Source: Macrostomum hystrix (lineage: Eukaryota > Animalia > Platyhelminthes). Taken from it: a stretch of 64,000 nucleotides of DNA. A program made the position numbers and the translations under genes. Below, one piece after another: positions 1 through 11,427 of this stretch. Numbering within the stretch: position 1 is the first letter of the stretch; every line of letters begins with the position of its first letter. The notes beneath the pieces are model-generated. The model did not search any database and was not told where the DNA came from. It was given only the letters and a program-made list of their open reading frames with translations. Where the stretch lies: assembly GCA_950097015.1 (NCBI GenBank), contig CATNEN010000010.1, positions 2,480,001 through 2,544,000 of the forward strand. Reading direction: 5' to 3'.

Positions 1-317
1 CCTTATCCAGTAAACGGAATTGAAAACGTTGCCCTGTGAGCGGATGGCCACTCGACGGCAAAAATCATCAGGGGATAATCTCAACCAATGTGATTCCACT
101 CAGGTATTAATAGCAGTTATAGTGGGGCTACGAAATTACTAAGCCAGAGAATGCAGTGTAGCGTCATTCTGCGCGGCAGGTTCGAATGTACTTCTGATGC
201 TGTCGGTGGTATTTTAGGATAGCCGGCAATTTGTGCCATGCTCATTTATAAGCACACTGCATGAGGCGGGGGAGGATGGGGCAGCGCGACAGTTAAGACG
301 GGACAGAGAGGGAGTAA

Positions 318-475
318 GCTGGGGGCGGGGCTGACCAATCACGCCCCGACCATGCAACGAAAAACTGTTTTGAGTCAGCTGCACGGGATTGGGAGGGGGT
401 TGGGATCAGGGCTAAAGCCACGAAGAGGCGAGGCAGGGTGAGCGAGAGAAAAGCTTTAACCAATCAGAGAACTCC
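318..475 (+). promoter_or_regulatory. Putative Pol II promoter elements (GC box plus two CCAAT boxes)
   Basis: GGGGCGGGGC at ~322-331, CCAATCA at ~335 and AACCAATCAG at ~458 are clustered. The target gene is not established. Confidence 0.3.
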
Positions 476-1393
476 GGATTAGCGAGAGCAAGCCGATCTG
501 GAGAACCGGATCGGGAGGTGAGCCAGTCGGTTCGGGAAGGCGCAGCGCACTTGAGACGGGACGGGTCAAGGGCGATAAACAAAAACAAGGGAAAGAGTGC
601 ATCTCACTACATTTACACTCGTACATTAAATGCAGTGGATTAGCAGAGACGAGCTGGTATCTGCATCACTGTACCGCGGTGAGGTGCGCTGGCAACCAAA
701 ACTTTTCGCTTCATGAAGGAGAAGTTAAGCATCAAATCATTTCTAAAAGAATATTTCTTTACTTTCAAATTTTCTCCGATCGAAAACTTAGCATTTTTGG
801 GTATCAACGATTGGCCAAGATTTGCTCATTTTGTTCTGGTCTTGGGCTATTTATTTATCCGATCCGAAAAAGATTTTAGCGCAACTGAGGGTTTCACTGT
901 AGTGGGAAATAGTTTAACTTCATTCTGTTTTCAACTTAAGTTTACGCATTTTCTTAGAAAGCACAGGAGCTGCACAACTTCAGCACATTTCCTTATAGGT
1001 AGCATTCCTATGACAAAGTACTTACGTATTGCTCATTGTCCAATGCAATGCGCTAAGAAATAGACGTTCCGTTTAACGCTCATTCAGTCTATTTTAGTCT
1101 TCGCATGAATCATGGAACAATTGTGTACACCTCTCAGCATCTATTTTTAAACATTAGTACGCGTGAAGCAAGCCAATTTTACCAACTCGCAGAATTTCCA
1201 AGCCGAAGCCATTGAGTGTAAGTTTTATGAATCACTATTTCAGTCCAAGTACAGATAAGGCGTCACAGTGCGAGCTAATTTGAAAGCAAGCCAGCAGGTT
1301 TAAATACCCAAGCAGCCAGGGACTCAGTTTTTGCAACCGCAAGAACACCCAGCAGGCTAAAATTTAAAGCTCCACATTAACAATACGAGAGAA

Positions 1394-2591
1394 ATGCAGG
1401 TCAGCAACGTCTTCAGTCAGACATTCGTCAGAGCACTGACTACGAAGGAGCCTGATGAATACAGCATTAACAGCCTGGTGTTCTGCGTCACGGCGGCCAG
1501 GTGTCCCGAGTTCGCGCTGCGCTCGCGCCGTCTGCAGTCGCTCAGGTCGGCGGTCCACCTGGACGAGGCGGCCCGATGCCGATGGGCGGACGCGGGCTTC
1601 TTCCTGACTGACGGCGCGGCTGCAGTCCGCTGCTTCCACTGCAGGCAGCCAGCTTCCGGTGCCGCAGGCGACCTCCGTCGCCACCGCCGAGTCGACAGAC
1701 GACGCGGAGCCGCTGCGCCTTCACGAGCAGCTCGGCGAGCAGTGCGAGCTGCTCCGACTGCTCAAGGTGGCGCACGGCATGCTGAGCGAGCGACACGAGA
1801 AGGTCGTGACGAGCTCGACGAAGCTGAGGCGCGCTCTCGCCAAGCTGAGGAGCGACCTGCTCGAGCGCAAGTCGATGCTCGGTCTGGTCGAGTCGTTCGG
1901 CTTCGACAGGAGCAGCGTGATGTTCTGCGCCTGTCGGCAGTTCATGACTCAGGGAGGCCGTCTGGCCAGCAGACCGGGCGACCTCATCGAGCTGATCCAC
2001 GAGTGCGAGCGGCTGCTTCCCGACTGCGGTCACGTGATCGACGTGGAGGCCGCGCTGAGCGTCAGCGCATTGCTTGATGCGTCGGGAGCGTCCGCACAGC
2101 AGAGACCGATGGCAGAGCAGCAGAGACCGATGGCAGAGCAACAGAGACCAATGGCAGAGCAGCAGAGACCGATGGCAGAGCAGCAGAGACCGATGGCAGA
2201 GCAGCAGAGACCGATGGCAGAGCAGCAGAGACCAATGGCAGAGCAGCAGAGACCAATGGCAGAGCAGCAGAGACCAATGGCAGAGCAGCAGAGACCAAAT
2301 GCAGCGCAGCAGAGCTCAGAGAAAGTCAGTGCTGCAGCTGGTTTTGAGAAGGGCCCCATATCGGAGGACAAGGTCATGTCTGGCCGACTTCAGACTCAAA
2401 TCTCAGTGGAAGAGGAAGGCGAGGAAGCGGCTGAGAGCGACCAGTGCGTGCAGTGCCGCCAGCGCACCCGGGATCACGTGACCCTGCCGTGTGCGCACTT
2501 TCTGCTGTGCTACGGCTGCATCAGCGGCAGGCGGGACTGCCCTCGGTGCGGCTCGCCAATCTTGGCTGCCCTGAGGGCCTTCATCTCCTGA
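1394..2591 (+). CDS. IAP-like protein (divergent BIR plus C-terminal C3HC4 RING); reading frame broken at ~1643-1698
   Basis: The frame of ORF 1394 gives EFALRSRRLQSL...ADAGFFLTDGAAAVRCFHC (BIR N-half). The frame of ORF 1659 gives DDAEPLRLHEQLGEQC (H-x6-C, BIR C-half) and the terminal RING CVQC...PCAHFLLCYGC...CPRC...RAFIS*. Joining them needs a +1 shift or a 40-nt intron (1659-1698). Confidence 0.75.
2097..2297 (+). repeat. Coding 21-nt tandem repeat (QQRPMAE) x ~9
   Basis: Unit CAGCAGAGACC(G/A)ATGGCAGAG, in the BIR-RING linker. Confidence 0.95.
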
Positions 2592-3780
2592 GATGGACAT
2601 TGCTAAGCTTATAACTTTCACTGCTTTTAAACCAGTTTAAGTACCTTTTTATTGATCAAGTCTTACATGTATATTTTCCCCCACTTTTAAAGGACAATCT
2701 CATGTGATCGTCTTTCTGTCTGATATGTCTGATTTTTTAGAAGCCTCTTTAAGTCGTAACTACGCAGCAGCATAGGATGCTCAGAGAGCATCGGTTTGCT
2801 CTGTTTGGAATGCATTATTTTGAGCAGTCCGTGCTCTTTTGAGTTCTCTTGTCTGTAAATGTGCATTTTTGCAATATCGCCTCATCGACAGTGTTAATGA
2901 GAAAAGAATTTAGTCATAATCTAGTCATAATTTTGTCATTAGGTAGTTTAGGTAGTTAGGTAGTTTAGGTAGTTAAAATACTGATTAAGCTGCCATGGCA
3001 GCGAAAATGCCTTTGTACGAGGTTATTATCAAGAACGAAGCTAATACAATCTTAGATCAAGTGCTTTAATGTTGGCAGCATTTTAAGTTTGCACATTTCT
3101 ACATCTATTCCGTTACGGATGTCCGCGAACACATAAAAAGTCTCACGCAATATTTAGGCCAGACATAGCTCGTAAAGACATAAAGCCAGTCAAGTCAAGC
3201 CAAACCTCAGTAGCGGATCTTTAGCCTCCTTCTCGTTCTACACAATTTTAACAACGGCCCAGCACTCGCGCTGGCCGTTGTTGTTATCTCTATTTGTTGT
3301 TCATCTCACTCACAAGATGTGACGACAACCAATGACGGTAAGGGAGGGGTAGAGAGAGAGAAGTGGGATGGCTGCGCCAACGGAAGAGAAGGCACGAGGT
3401 GGTGAGGCAGAGGGGACGGAATGAGTGTCGTAAAACCGGCTCAGCCAGCGTACACTGACTGCTTTTCCGGCCAATGGGGCGTCGGGTAATAAATCAATTA
3501 GATAAGTACAGCCAGACCCTCTAGTGTGACAGTGCCTCTCGGCCAGAAAAGAAAAACCTAGATGTTTTCGTATCTGCGTTCTGATTGGCTGCAAATGTTT
3601 GGGGGTTGGACCGGCTTAATCTGCGCGACGGGCTGGGGTGGTAGGGCCAACGCGATAGGGAGCAGCTTATAGACCCGCTACCGCCCTGCATTCTATTTTC
3701 AGAGTGAAGCTGTTTAAGGCCGAGAGAAATAGCAAGGTGAAAATCGGCCCCCTTAGTGGACCAACCAACTCGCGAAAACA

Positions 3781-5124
3781 ATGGCCTACCTACCCCGAGA
3801 AGTGTTCAACCATTACATCCACGGTCCCTACATGCACCCGGTGTGCCAGGAGTTCCTGGAGAACAGCGGCTGCAAGGGCGACTGCATGCTGGCGCATCCG
3901 GCCAAGCGGGTGCGAATTTTTCACCCCCGCTTCCTCTATGAATCTTTTCCTGCGGGCCTCGTCATCTGCTGTAAGAACTTCGTGCTGTACGGCGACTGCG
4001 CCTGCCAGCACATGGACCCGGCCGCCCGGCGCGAGATCAACTTGGACATGTTCTTCCACCCGCCGCTGCACATCCGCAACTACCTGCGCAAGAAGATCCT
4101 CGGTCCTGACGCCAAGGACGTCGAGCCACTGCCGCCTAAGGACGAGGAGGCCATCGCCAAGGAGGAGGAGGACCTTATCCGCCTGCTGGAGGAGCTTAAG
4201 TGCTCAGAGGAGGCCCGGGCTGTCCGAACTGCCACAGCTGCGACGCAGACACCGGCTAATGACGAAGTCATGGCCATGCCAGCGCGGATTACCTCGCCCA
4301 TCGTCTCCAGGGCATCCGCTGCCGCTGCCGCCTCGCCGCCATCGGAGCTGATTGGCCGCGGCAGCCCGGGCGCCGTACAGCAGCGTCGGCACACCACGCC
4401 AAGCCGCATGCGTCATTCGTTCCCGCCGCCGCCACCGCCGCTGGCTGGCGACTTTGACACCAGCCCGACCGCTGCTGCCGCCGCTGCAGCTGCTGCTGCT
4501 GCTGCCGCCGCACACGCTGCAGCTGCCGGACATCACCATCACCATCACCATCACCAGCACCAGCACAGCGCGGCCGCCGCCATCGCTGCCCTGTCGCCAA
4601 GGCCGGTCCGCAGCTCCGGCCGTCGGCTGTCGGTGCCGAGCTCAACGCAATCGACATCGGCGGCCTCGGCGGCTTCCGCGGCAGCCGGCCCGGGGCTGCT
4701 CGGCGAGCAGCGCCGCCGCTACTGGCTGCTAACACAGCAGCTGCACCTCATCGCCGCCATGACTGGGCGCTCGCTGTCACCTGACCCCGCCGTGCTGGCT
4801 GCCTGCCCGCCGCTGGACGACCAGGCCATCAAAGCTGCGCTGAACCTGCCCGCCAGCGCCGAGGTGCCGCCGATCTTCGACTTTCTGCGCCTCCGAGCCC
4901 AGCAGCAGCAGCTTCAGTCGCCTGGCGCAGTCGGCTCTGCCGCCGCGTCGCTGGCTGGTGGTGCCACAGCCGGTCTGACCGGCCCGAGCGTTTCATCCGC
5001 CGGCGCCGCCGCTGCTGCCGCAGCCGCCGCGGCCAGCGGCACCGACGCCCTGACGCAGCTGCTGTCGGCCAACCCGTTCCCATTCGCGATTCCCGGCGGC
5101 CTGGGCTATGGACTCAACTGTTGA
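3781..5124 (+). CDS. Intronless muscleblind-like tandem CCCH zinc-finger protein with Ala/His/Pro-rich tail (447 aa)
   Basis: VCQEFLENSGCKGDCMLAHP is a CCCH finger. GLVICCKNFVLYGDC...FHPPLHIRNYL resembles the second finger and HPPPHL motif of MBNL. GC3-rich codon usage; a splice acceptor lies at 3701-3702 upstream. Confidence 0.65.
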   Translation: MAYLPREVFNHYIHGPYMHPVCQEFLENSGCKGDCMLAHPAKRVRIFHPRFLYESFPAGLVICCKNFVLYGDCACQHMDPAARREINLDMFFHPPLHIRNYLRKKILGPDAKDVEPLPPKDEEAIAKEEEDLIRLLEELKCSEEARAVRTATAATQTPANDEVMAMPARITSPIVSRASAAAAASPPSELIGRGSPGAVQQRRHTTPSRMRHSFPPPPPPLAGDFDTSPTAAAAAAAAAAAAAAHAAAAGHHHHHHHHQHQHSAAAAIAALSPRPVRSSGRRLSVPSSTQSTSAASAASAAAGPGLLGEQRRRYWLLTQQLHLIAAMTGRSLSPDPAVLAACPPLDDQAIKAALNLPASAEVPPIFDFLRLRAQQQQLQSPGAVGSAAASLAGGATAGLTGPSVSSAGAAAAAAAAAASGTDALTQLLSANPFPFAIPGGLGYGLNC

Positions 5125-6124
5125 ACTGCAAGTTGATTGCTGAATATGGACAGCTTCTTCTGAACTGTACTACTCACTGACGCACTCGATAGTAGTAATA
5201 GCGCGAGTTTTTGTTAAAATATGATTACGCAAATTAAAATATTGACCCACAGATTTTTGATGGCACTCTGTTTGTTCTTGCACTGCAACCGCTTCCCGTC
5301 GCTGTTACCTCCCCAAATAGGCCATTTCGAAACTTTTGTAGCTTTTCGTTTCATTCAACTCGAATTTTCAACTGTTTAGCCGGCTCGGGACAAGCTGTTC
5401 CCGTGCGGTCTCGACATCGGTAAATTGTCCGCACTGTCACGTGACCCTACCCTAATACGCGCTCGTCAATTTCGCCACGAGTTCCCCCAATGCTTTTCGT
5501 TTTTCTCGCTTCTTTTCGATCGGAGTTCGACCATGCAGTGGATTTTTTACTTTCTCAGCTTTCTGGATTCAAATGAAAAATGTTTAACAAAATTCTTTAA
5601 CTCGACTGCTTTAGCCTCTGCTGTTTATCTTGTCGTTTTCAATATCTTGTAACCCAATTTCGTCTTTTCGAAGCCCGTTTCTAGTTGCTTTTTTCGGAAT
5701 TTTATTGCGGGCCTTCTTAACCGCTGCTGATCCCTAAAGTGTTTCCTATCCACATTTTCGCCTGTCGATTGCGCAGTGACTGAACGCATTCATCGGACCG
5801 CTTGCACTTTAAAAAACTAAGATGAAAGCCAGCCCTTCCCACCCGAATTCGAGCTCCAGACCGACTGTGTATCGAAAGTGCTTTGACGAAGCTTGGTTAT
5901 AATAAATTTGCTGTGCTCACCATCCTGTGGCCTGAGCTCACTCATCCTTCTCCGCAGCCTCGTGCTCGTGTGCCCCCTCCCTTGAACTGAAAATGCTTTC
6001 GACTTTACTATTGTTCATTTCTGAATTTCGAGGTTTCAGGCATGGATAGAATCAGGGAAATAGACGTCTCGTTTTCCGTGTATTTGGAGAAGTGCGCTTT
6101 CGCTTCGCCGACAAGGGGCAAAAT

Positions 6125-9100
6125 CTATTGAAAAAGTAGATTAGAATGATTGATCTCTGAGTCTTCCTGGAAGCATTCTGTGAATCTTTTTGAACTACTT
6201 TCTAGCTGATCAACCATGCTTGGTAGGCGCAGCTCCCGTTGGCTCAGCTGTGGCCGCTTCGGTGATGCTGCGTCTCCGGACGCCTCCACGCTGACGTGTC
6301 CAGTGCGGACTCTTGCTGATGGCGGCGGGGCTGCAGAGAATCCACTACCTGCCAGGGAGGCGGCTTGAAGATGAGGAGACTGCTGAAAGCTTGGGGAATG
6401 GCGAAACACAAAGAGGGTAAGGAGGTGAAGAAAAATATAAAGCGAAGAAGAGGAGAAAGATTACATGAGAAGGGCAATAAGAGGAATGTGAAGAGAAGAA
6501 AGAGCGCGAAGAGGAGAAAGGGAAGGGGAGAAAATTCTGAGGTGAAAGGACTAAAAGCCCCTCACCTGGCGTCCCTCTCGCGCTTCTCGCTCGCGCCAGA
6601 TGCCCAATAAGTTGCGAGTGGTGCCCGCGACAGGCAGTGCCTCATCGTGATCCGCTTGGCTTTGGCCTGAGTCCAGCGGCTGAAGCAAGCATTTTGCAGG
6701 TGAGAGCAGGTGAGGCTGTCAGTAGGTAGCTCGTAATTATACAGTAGTTTGTAGACTTTTATTTTCCTGAGCTCATCTGCTCACCCGTCTTCTCATGTGC
6801 TGCAACTCGCGAATCCTGTCTGCTACCAGGTTCTTCGTGTTGTCATGGAAACCGGACGCAGCGCTGACCGCCATCCCATCATTCAAGGTCGAAGCTGCCA
6901 TCAACTGCACTTTCTGAACATGATCAGCGCGAATCGCCTCTGGAACAGCCTTGGAATCTCCGGCCTTCGATGGTTGCTGCAGCAGCTGCAGCAGCTCCTT
7001 TTGCTGTTCTTCAATTTGCTGCTGCTGCTGCTGCCTGTGTCGCTGACGGCGCAACTGCTGCGGCGAAGAATGCTGCTGCTGTTGCTGCAGCTGCTGTTGA
7101 CAAGTTTCTCTGTTAGCGTCGACCTAGAGGTTCAAAGTTTTGTGTTTTACAAGTTTAACTTTGATAAACTTTGTACAGTTTAACTACACTTTAACTACGT
7201 GGACTAAGTGCGTAGCAACAATTTATAAGGTGTTACAAATCAGTAGAAATAAAAGTGCGTGAATCGAATCTCAGGGAGTAAATGGGTCTGTAAATAGGTC
7301 TGATAATCTGATAAATTGAAACTCTGAGTACCGCCATTTTCCGTTCCAATCGTGTCTCTCAGCGGGTATCTTACCGGGTGTCTCACTGGTTATCTCACCG
7401 GGTGTCTCACTGGTTATCTTACCGGGTGTCTCACTGGTTATCTCACCGGGTGTCTCACTGGTTATCTTACCTAGTGTCTTACCATTTTTGTTTCCGGTCC
7501 TCTCTCGTTCTCTCGTTTCTCTCACTTTCATCTCAGCAGCTTTTTCACCAGGTCTCTTACTAGAATTATTATCAGGTCCTTCACCAGGTGTCTCAAAACA
7601 GGTATTTTACTAGATTTCCCAGAGGATGTTTCGACAGGTATATCACCGGATTTTTAACTAGATAAAACAGTCTCTCACCGGTTGTCTCACCGGGTGTCTT
7701 ACCGGATCTCTCGTCGGATATCTCACTACCAATGACACCACCCGTGGCAACTGTGCCATTGGCTGCAATTGCAGCGTTGCCCTGGAAACCACTGAGCGTT
7801 GCTATAGCAACGTGAAGTTGAATTATGTTCTTTAAATTCTAAATTCAAGTTTTTTGTGATGCATATCCTTTCAAAAACAATTCAGGCAGGAAAAAAGAAA
7901 ACCGTTGACAGCTGGGCCCTAAAAACTCACAGTGCTCAGCTGGTTTCTATTGGACGAGCTGTCTACTGCGTCACTATTGAGCTGTTTTGAAGACTCGGGC
8001 GCACCTGATGTCAGGGAGAAAATGGGAGAGATGGTAGAGAAGCTTGCCTCCGGTTTAAAGTGTAAATTTATATAAAGGGCAGCCCTTTCCCACCTGTGGC
8101 TCGGTGCTGCTCCACATAATGAGTCGGACAGTAGAGCTCGTTGTCAAGCATTGCGAAGTTGTCCACCCTGTAAGAAGTTTTCGCCCCAATAGCACAAAAT
8201 TATAAGCGCGATTTTTCTCACTTCAGTTTACACTTCCACTTTTCTCACTTTATCTCCTTCCTATTCACTGATTGGCTGGCTCAGCGTGTATATTATATCT
8301 TGTCTCCTTCCTGTTCACTGATTGGCTATCTCAGCGTGTATAATGGTTCTCTTCTTCCTGTTCACTGATTCGCTGTTCTCTTCTTCCTGTTCACTGATTG
8401 GCTAGCTCAGCGTGTATAATGGTTCTCATCTCCTTCCTGTTCACTGATTGGCTGGCTCAGTGTGTAATAGTATCTCATCATATTTCGAAATCAATCGATT
8501 TATTCACGTGAACAGCGACCTACTCTAGCTGCAGGCGGCATTCCCGGCACCTGAAGCAGGGCCGATGGTAGACCCGGTCGTTCCAGCGCAGCATTTCCAG
8601 CGGATAGACTCGCTTGCGGCACAGCTGGCAGCTAGACGGTCCGGGCTGTGCCGGCGGTAGCTTAATTTTAATTAGAAAACACTATGGATATGATTGATGG
8701 ATATGGATACTGCTGGCCCAATGAGCTGCTTCAATTCACAATCTTGATACTTATTTGTTCATCAAAATAACTTACAGAAGCGTCAAGAGTCGATCGAGAA
8801 TCTGTTTGAGCAGTTTGGGCAGTTTGAGCAGTAGCCACTACGGATAGATTGGCCAGCGCAGAGGACTGACCCGCTGCGGTGGATGACGCGATGGCAACGA
8901 GTTCGTCGATGAGCTGGTCGGACGCTGAGGTGGCTGGGGAAGCAAGTGAAGTTTCAGAGCTGAGCAACATCTGGTGGCCTGACATGCCGTGTTTCAGTCC
9001 GGAATCCGGAATCCGGACCCTCCCCAATCCCCAGGGATCTCTCCCACTGCAGTCTTGGATTAGCGGCTCCTGGAATCCGGACCCTCCCCAATCCCCAGGG

Positions 9101-9351
9101 ATCACTCCCACTGCAGTCTTGGATTAGCGGCTCCTGGAATCCAGACCCATTCCAATCCCCAGGGATCACTCCCACTGCAGTCTTGGATTAGCGGCTCCTG
9201 GAATCCGGACAGCAACTCAACTTGTGTCTGCCTTTGGCTCACCTGCCGAGCCGCAGTCGTCCCAGGTGGACTCCGAGGAACTCCCGGCCTGGCTGACGCA
9301 GCTGCCCGCGAGGCCGTCTGACTGGCATTCAACAGCATCACCTGGCGAGGC
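6125..9351 (-). CDS. Multi-exon LIM-domain protein (EPLIN/LIMD2/MICAL-class LIM); 5' end unresolved
   Basis: Phase-consistent GT-AG exons (minus strand): 9351-9243, 8978-8776, 8660-8524, 8167-8094, 8004-7931, 7123-6785, 6679-6566, 6382-6125(stop). The splice of 8660-8524 to 8167-8094 gives CQLCRKRVYPLEMLRWNDRVYHRPCFRCRECRLQLEVDNFAMLDNELYCPTHY, a complete LIM consensus. Confidence 0.85.
7372..7470. repeat. 24-nt tandem repeat, ~4 copies
   Basis: Unit CCGGGTGTCTCACTGGTTATCT(C/T)A. Confidence 0.85.
8250..8465. repeat. ~48-nt degenerate tandem repeat, ~5 copies, in a LIM-gene intron
   Basis: Core CTTCCTGTTCACTGATTGGCT recurs. Confidence 0.8.
9005..9210. repeat. 64-nt tandem repeat, ~3 copies, intronic
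   Basis: CTGCAGTCTTGGATTAGCGGCTCCTGGAATCC recurs at 9047, 9111 and 9175. Confidence 0.9.
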
Positions 9352-9424
9352 CTGCAGCGCATGGCAGGGAGGGACATTGGGACTGGACCTCTTGAGCTGC
9401 TCTAGTCAACAACTTTCAATGCCT

Positions 9425-9900
9425 CTGAGAGATCTCTGCTATCTAGTCATTTGTCTATTTCGTTTTGAGTCTAGTCAGGAAGATCTCTGTTATCTAGTCA
9501 TTTGTCTATTTAGTTTTGAGACTAGTCAGGAATATCTCTGTCATCTAGTCATTTGTCTATCTAGTTTTAAGTCTAGTCAGGATGATCTCTGTTATCTAGT
9601 CATTTGTCTATTTAGTTTTGAGTCTAGTCAGGAAGATCTCTGTTATCTAGTCATTTGTCTATTTAGTTTTGAGTCTAGTCAGGAAGATCTCTGTTATCTA
9701 GTCATTTGTCTATTTAGTTTTGAGTCTAGTCAGGAAGATCTCTGTTATCTAGTCATTTGTCTATTTAGTTTTGAGTCTAGTCTGGAAGATCTCTGTTATC
9801 TAGTCATTTGTCTATTTAGTTTCGAGTCTAGTCAGGAAGATCTCTGTTATCTAGTCATTTGTCTATCTAGTTTTGAGTCTAGTCAGGAAGATCTCTGTGC
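9425..9900. repeat. 51-nt tandem repeat, ~9 copies
   Basis: Unit GAAGATCTCTGTTATCTAGTCATTTGTCTATTTAGTTTTGAGTCTAGTCAG. Confidence 0.95.
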
Positions 9901-11427
9901 CATTAATTATGTTGTGTCTGAGCACAGTAGCTTTATGCTTGAGTCGGTCGACGGAGGTTTGAGACGACAGAGCTCTTAAAAAACCGCAAAAAGACTGGAC
10001 ACATTGAAGTGAATTTAAAGTTGAATTTGATTCGGCAACTGCATAAATGTAAGTTAGTCGCTAAATATATTTTAGAAAAAATCCAAACACAAAGCAATGC
10101 CGCAACTCCACATTGGCTGTCTGGTCTGAACTGATTGTGGGGAGTTGTCAAACTGCATGGGACTATTGGCAATAGTTTGGAATGCGAAGGAAATCAGCAA
10201 GACACCGCAACCGTTGGAATAGAAAAGTTTGGCCCGGATCTGGCGCTGAACTAGCTGATGAGAGGCAGAGCAGGCGGATGAAAATATGACTAATTTTTGC
10301 TCTAGAATAACTGTGCCAATAAAAACTTGAGGATCATGCTACTGAAAGTAGGCGAATATGCTAATTTGCCAGAATTCGCTGCTCTAAAACCTATATTAGG
10401 AATTCAAGCTTCAGTTCATGCAACTAAACTTATAATAAGCTCGGCAAATCAGCGTAAGGTGTGGAAGAACCAATAAAACTGAGCCCTGGGTTGAAAGTTC
10501 TGGCAACAATCGCAACATACTACTGGTAGGCGCTCAGCGCTGATTGGGCGGCCGGCCAGGATTTGAGAGAAAGTAACTAAGACGTAGAAAATTTGGCCAC
10601 CCGGTTTGATTAGCAACAAAGGGGGAGGGGAAGCTGTCATCTTCTTCTTCGAAGCCCGCACTGGCTTGGACGAAGACTCCGCGCAGTCAGGAAAGTCACC
10701 TGGAAGGTTTATGAAAGTGTTTTTATTACCAACGAGCAATAAACAATTAAATTACGAAAACTGGTTCGAATCTCTCTCATTTTTAGATCATGTTTGCACT
10801 TTTCTAGCCTCTGAAACAGATCGGTTTCAGCTCTGCTCAGTCCCTCTCCGCTGCTCTCTGTCCTCCAATTGCTCAGAGGAAGCTCTGAAGGCCAATAAAT
10901 TCAAAGCTGTGGGACAGCACAGCTGCGGCCCGCAAACCCCCTTGCTCAGACGGAGCAGACGCGGTGCAAACTGTCTCTGGGCTTCTCAGAGTTCAGTGTA
11001 CTCAGCCACGCAAGCAGCGCTACTCAGGCCACCCGGCAAGCTGCATTAGCCCTCCTCCTTGACTGCCCTGCTGTCCCCTGCTTGCTGGGGTTGAAGTGCC
11101 TCGCCTTCACGCTGCCAGGGCGAGCGCTTGTTGGTCTTGGCGGCACTGGTATCCAGGGTCTGGGGCGCACCAGTCACCACCGAGTCCCCACAGCACAAGT
11201 TGCGAATGCTGCGAATTCCAAGATCTACTATTGATCTACAGCAACTCCCAACTACTCAAAGGCGAATTCCGAGCAAAAGCTTTAGCTTTAAAAGCTTTCA
11301 GATCCCAGTTCCACATGCAACTTTAGCTTAAGTTTAATTACGCGCTCTTTAAAGCGTTTTTTGGGTTCATTCAGTCATAAATATATTTTTAGATGCATGG
11401 TGAGCAAGTGATGCGGGGAGCATACCT

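Noticed and set aside
170-195. GGTTCGAAT B-box/tRNA T-loop-like motif
   Set aside because: No cloverleaf or A-box; no tRNA supported
630-685. Short ATG-initiated segment with GTGAGG donor as IAP exon 1
   Set aside because: Its phase does not match the candidate acceptor at 1499-1500; unsupported
9224-9979. 251-aa ORF with EDLCYLVICLFSFESSQ repeats
   Set aside because: 51-nt tandem repeat, antisense to the LIM gene region
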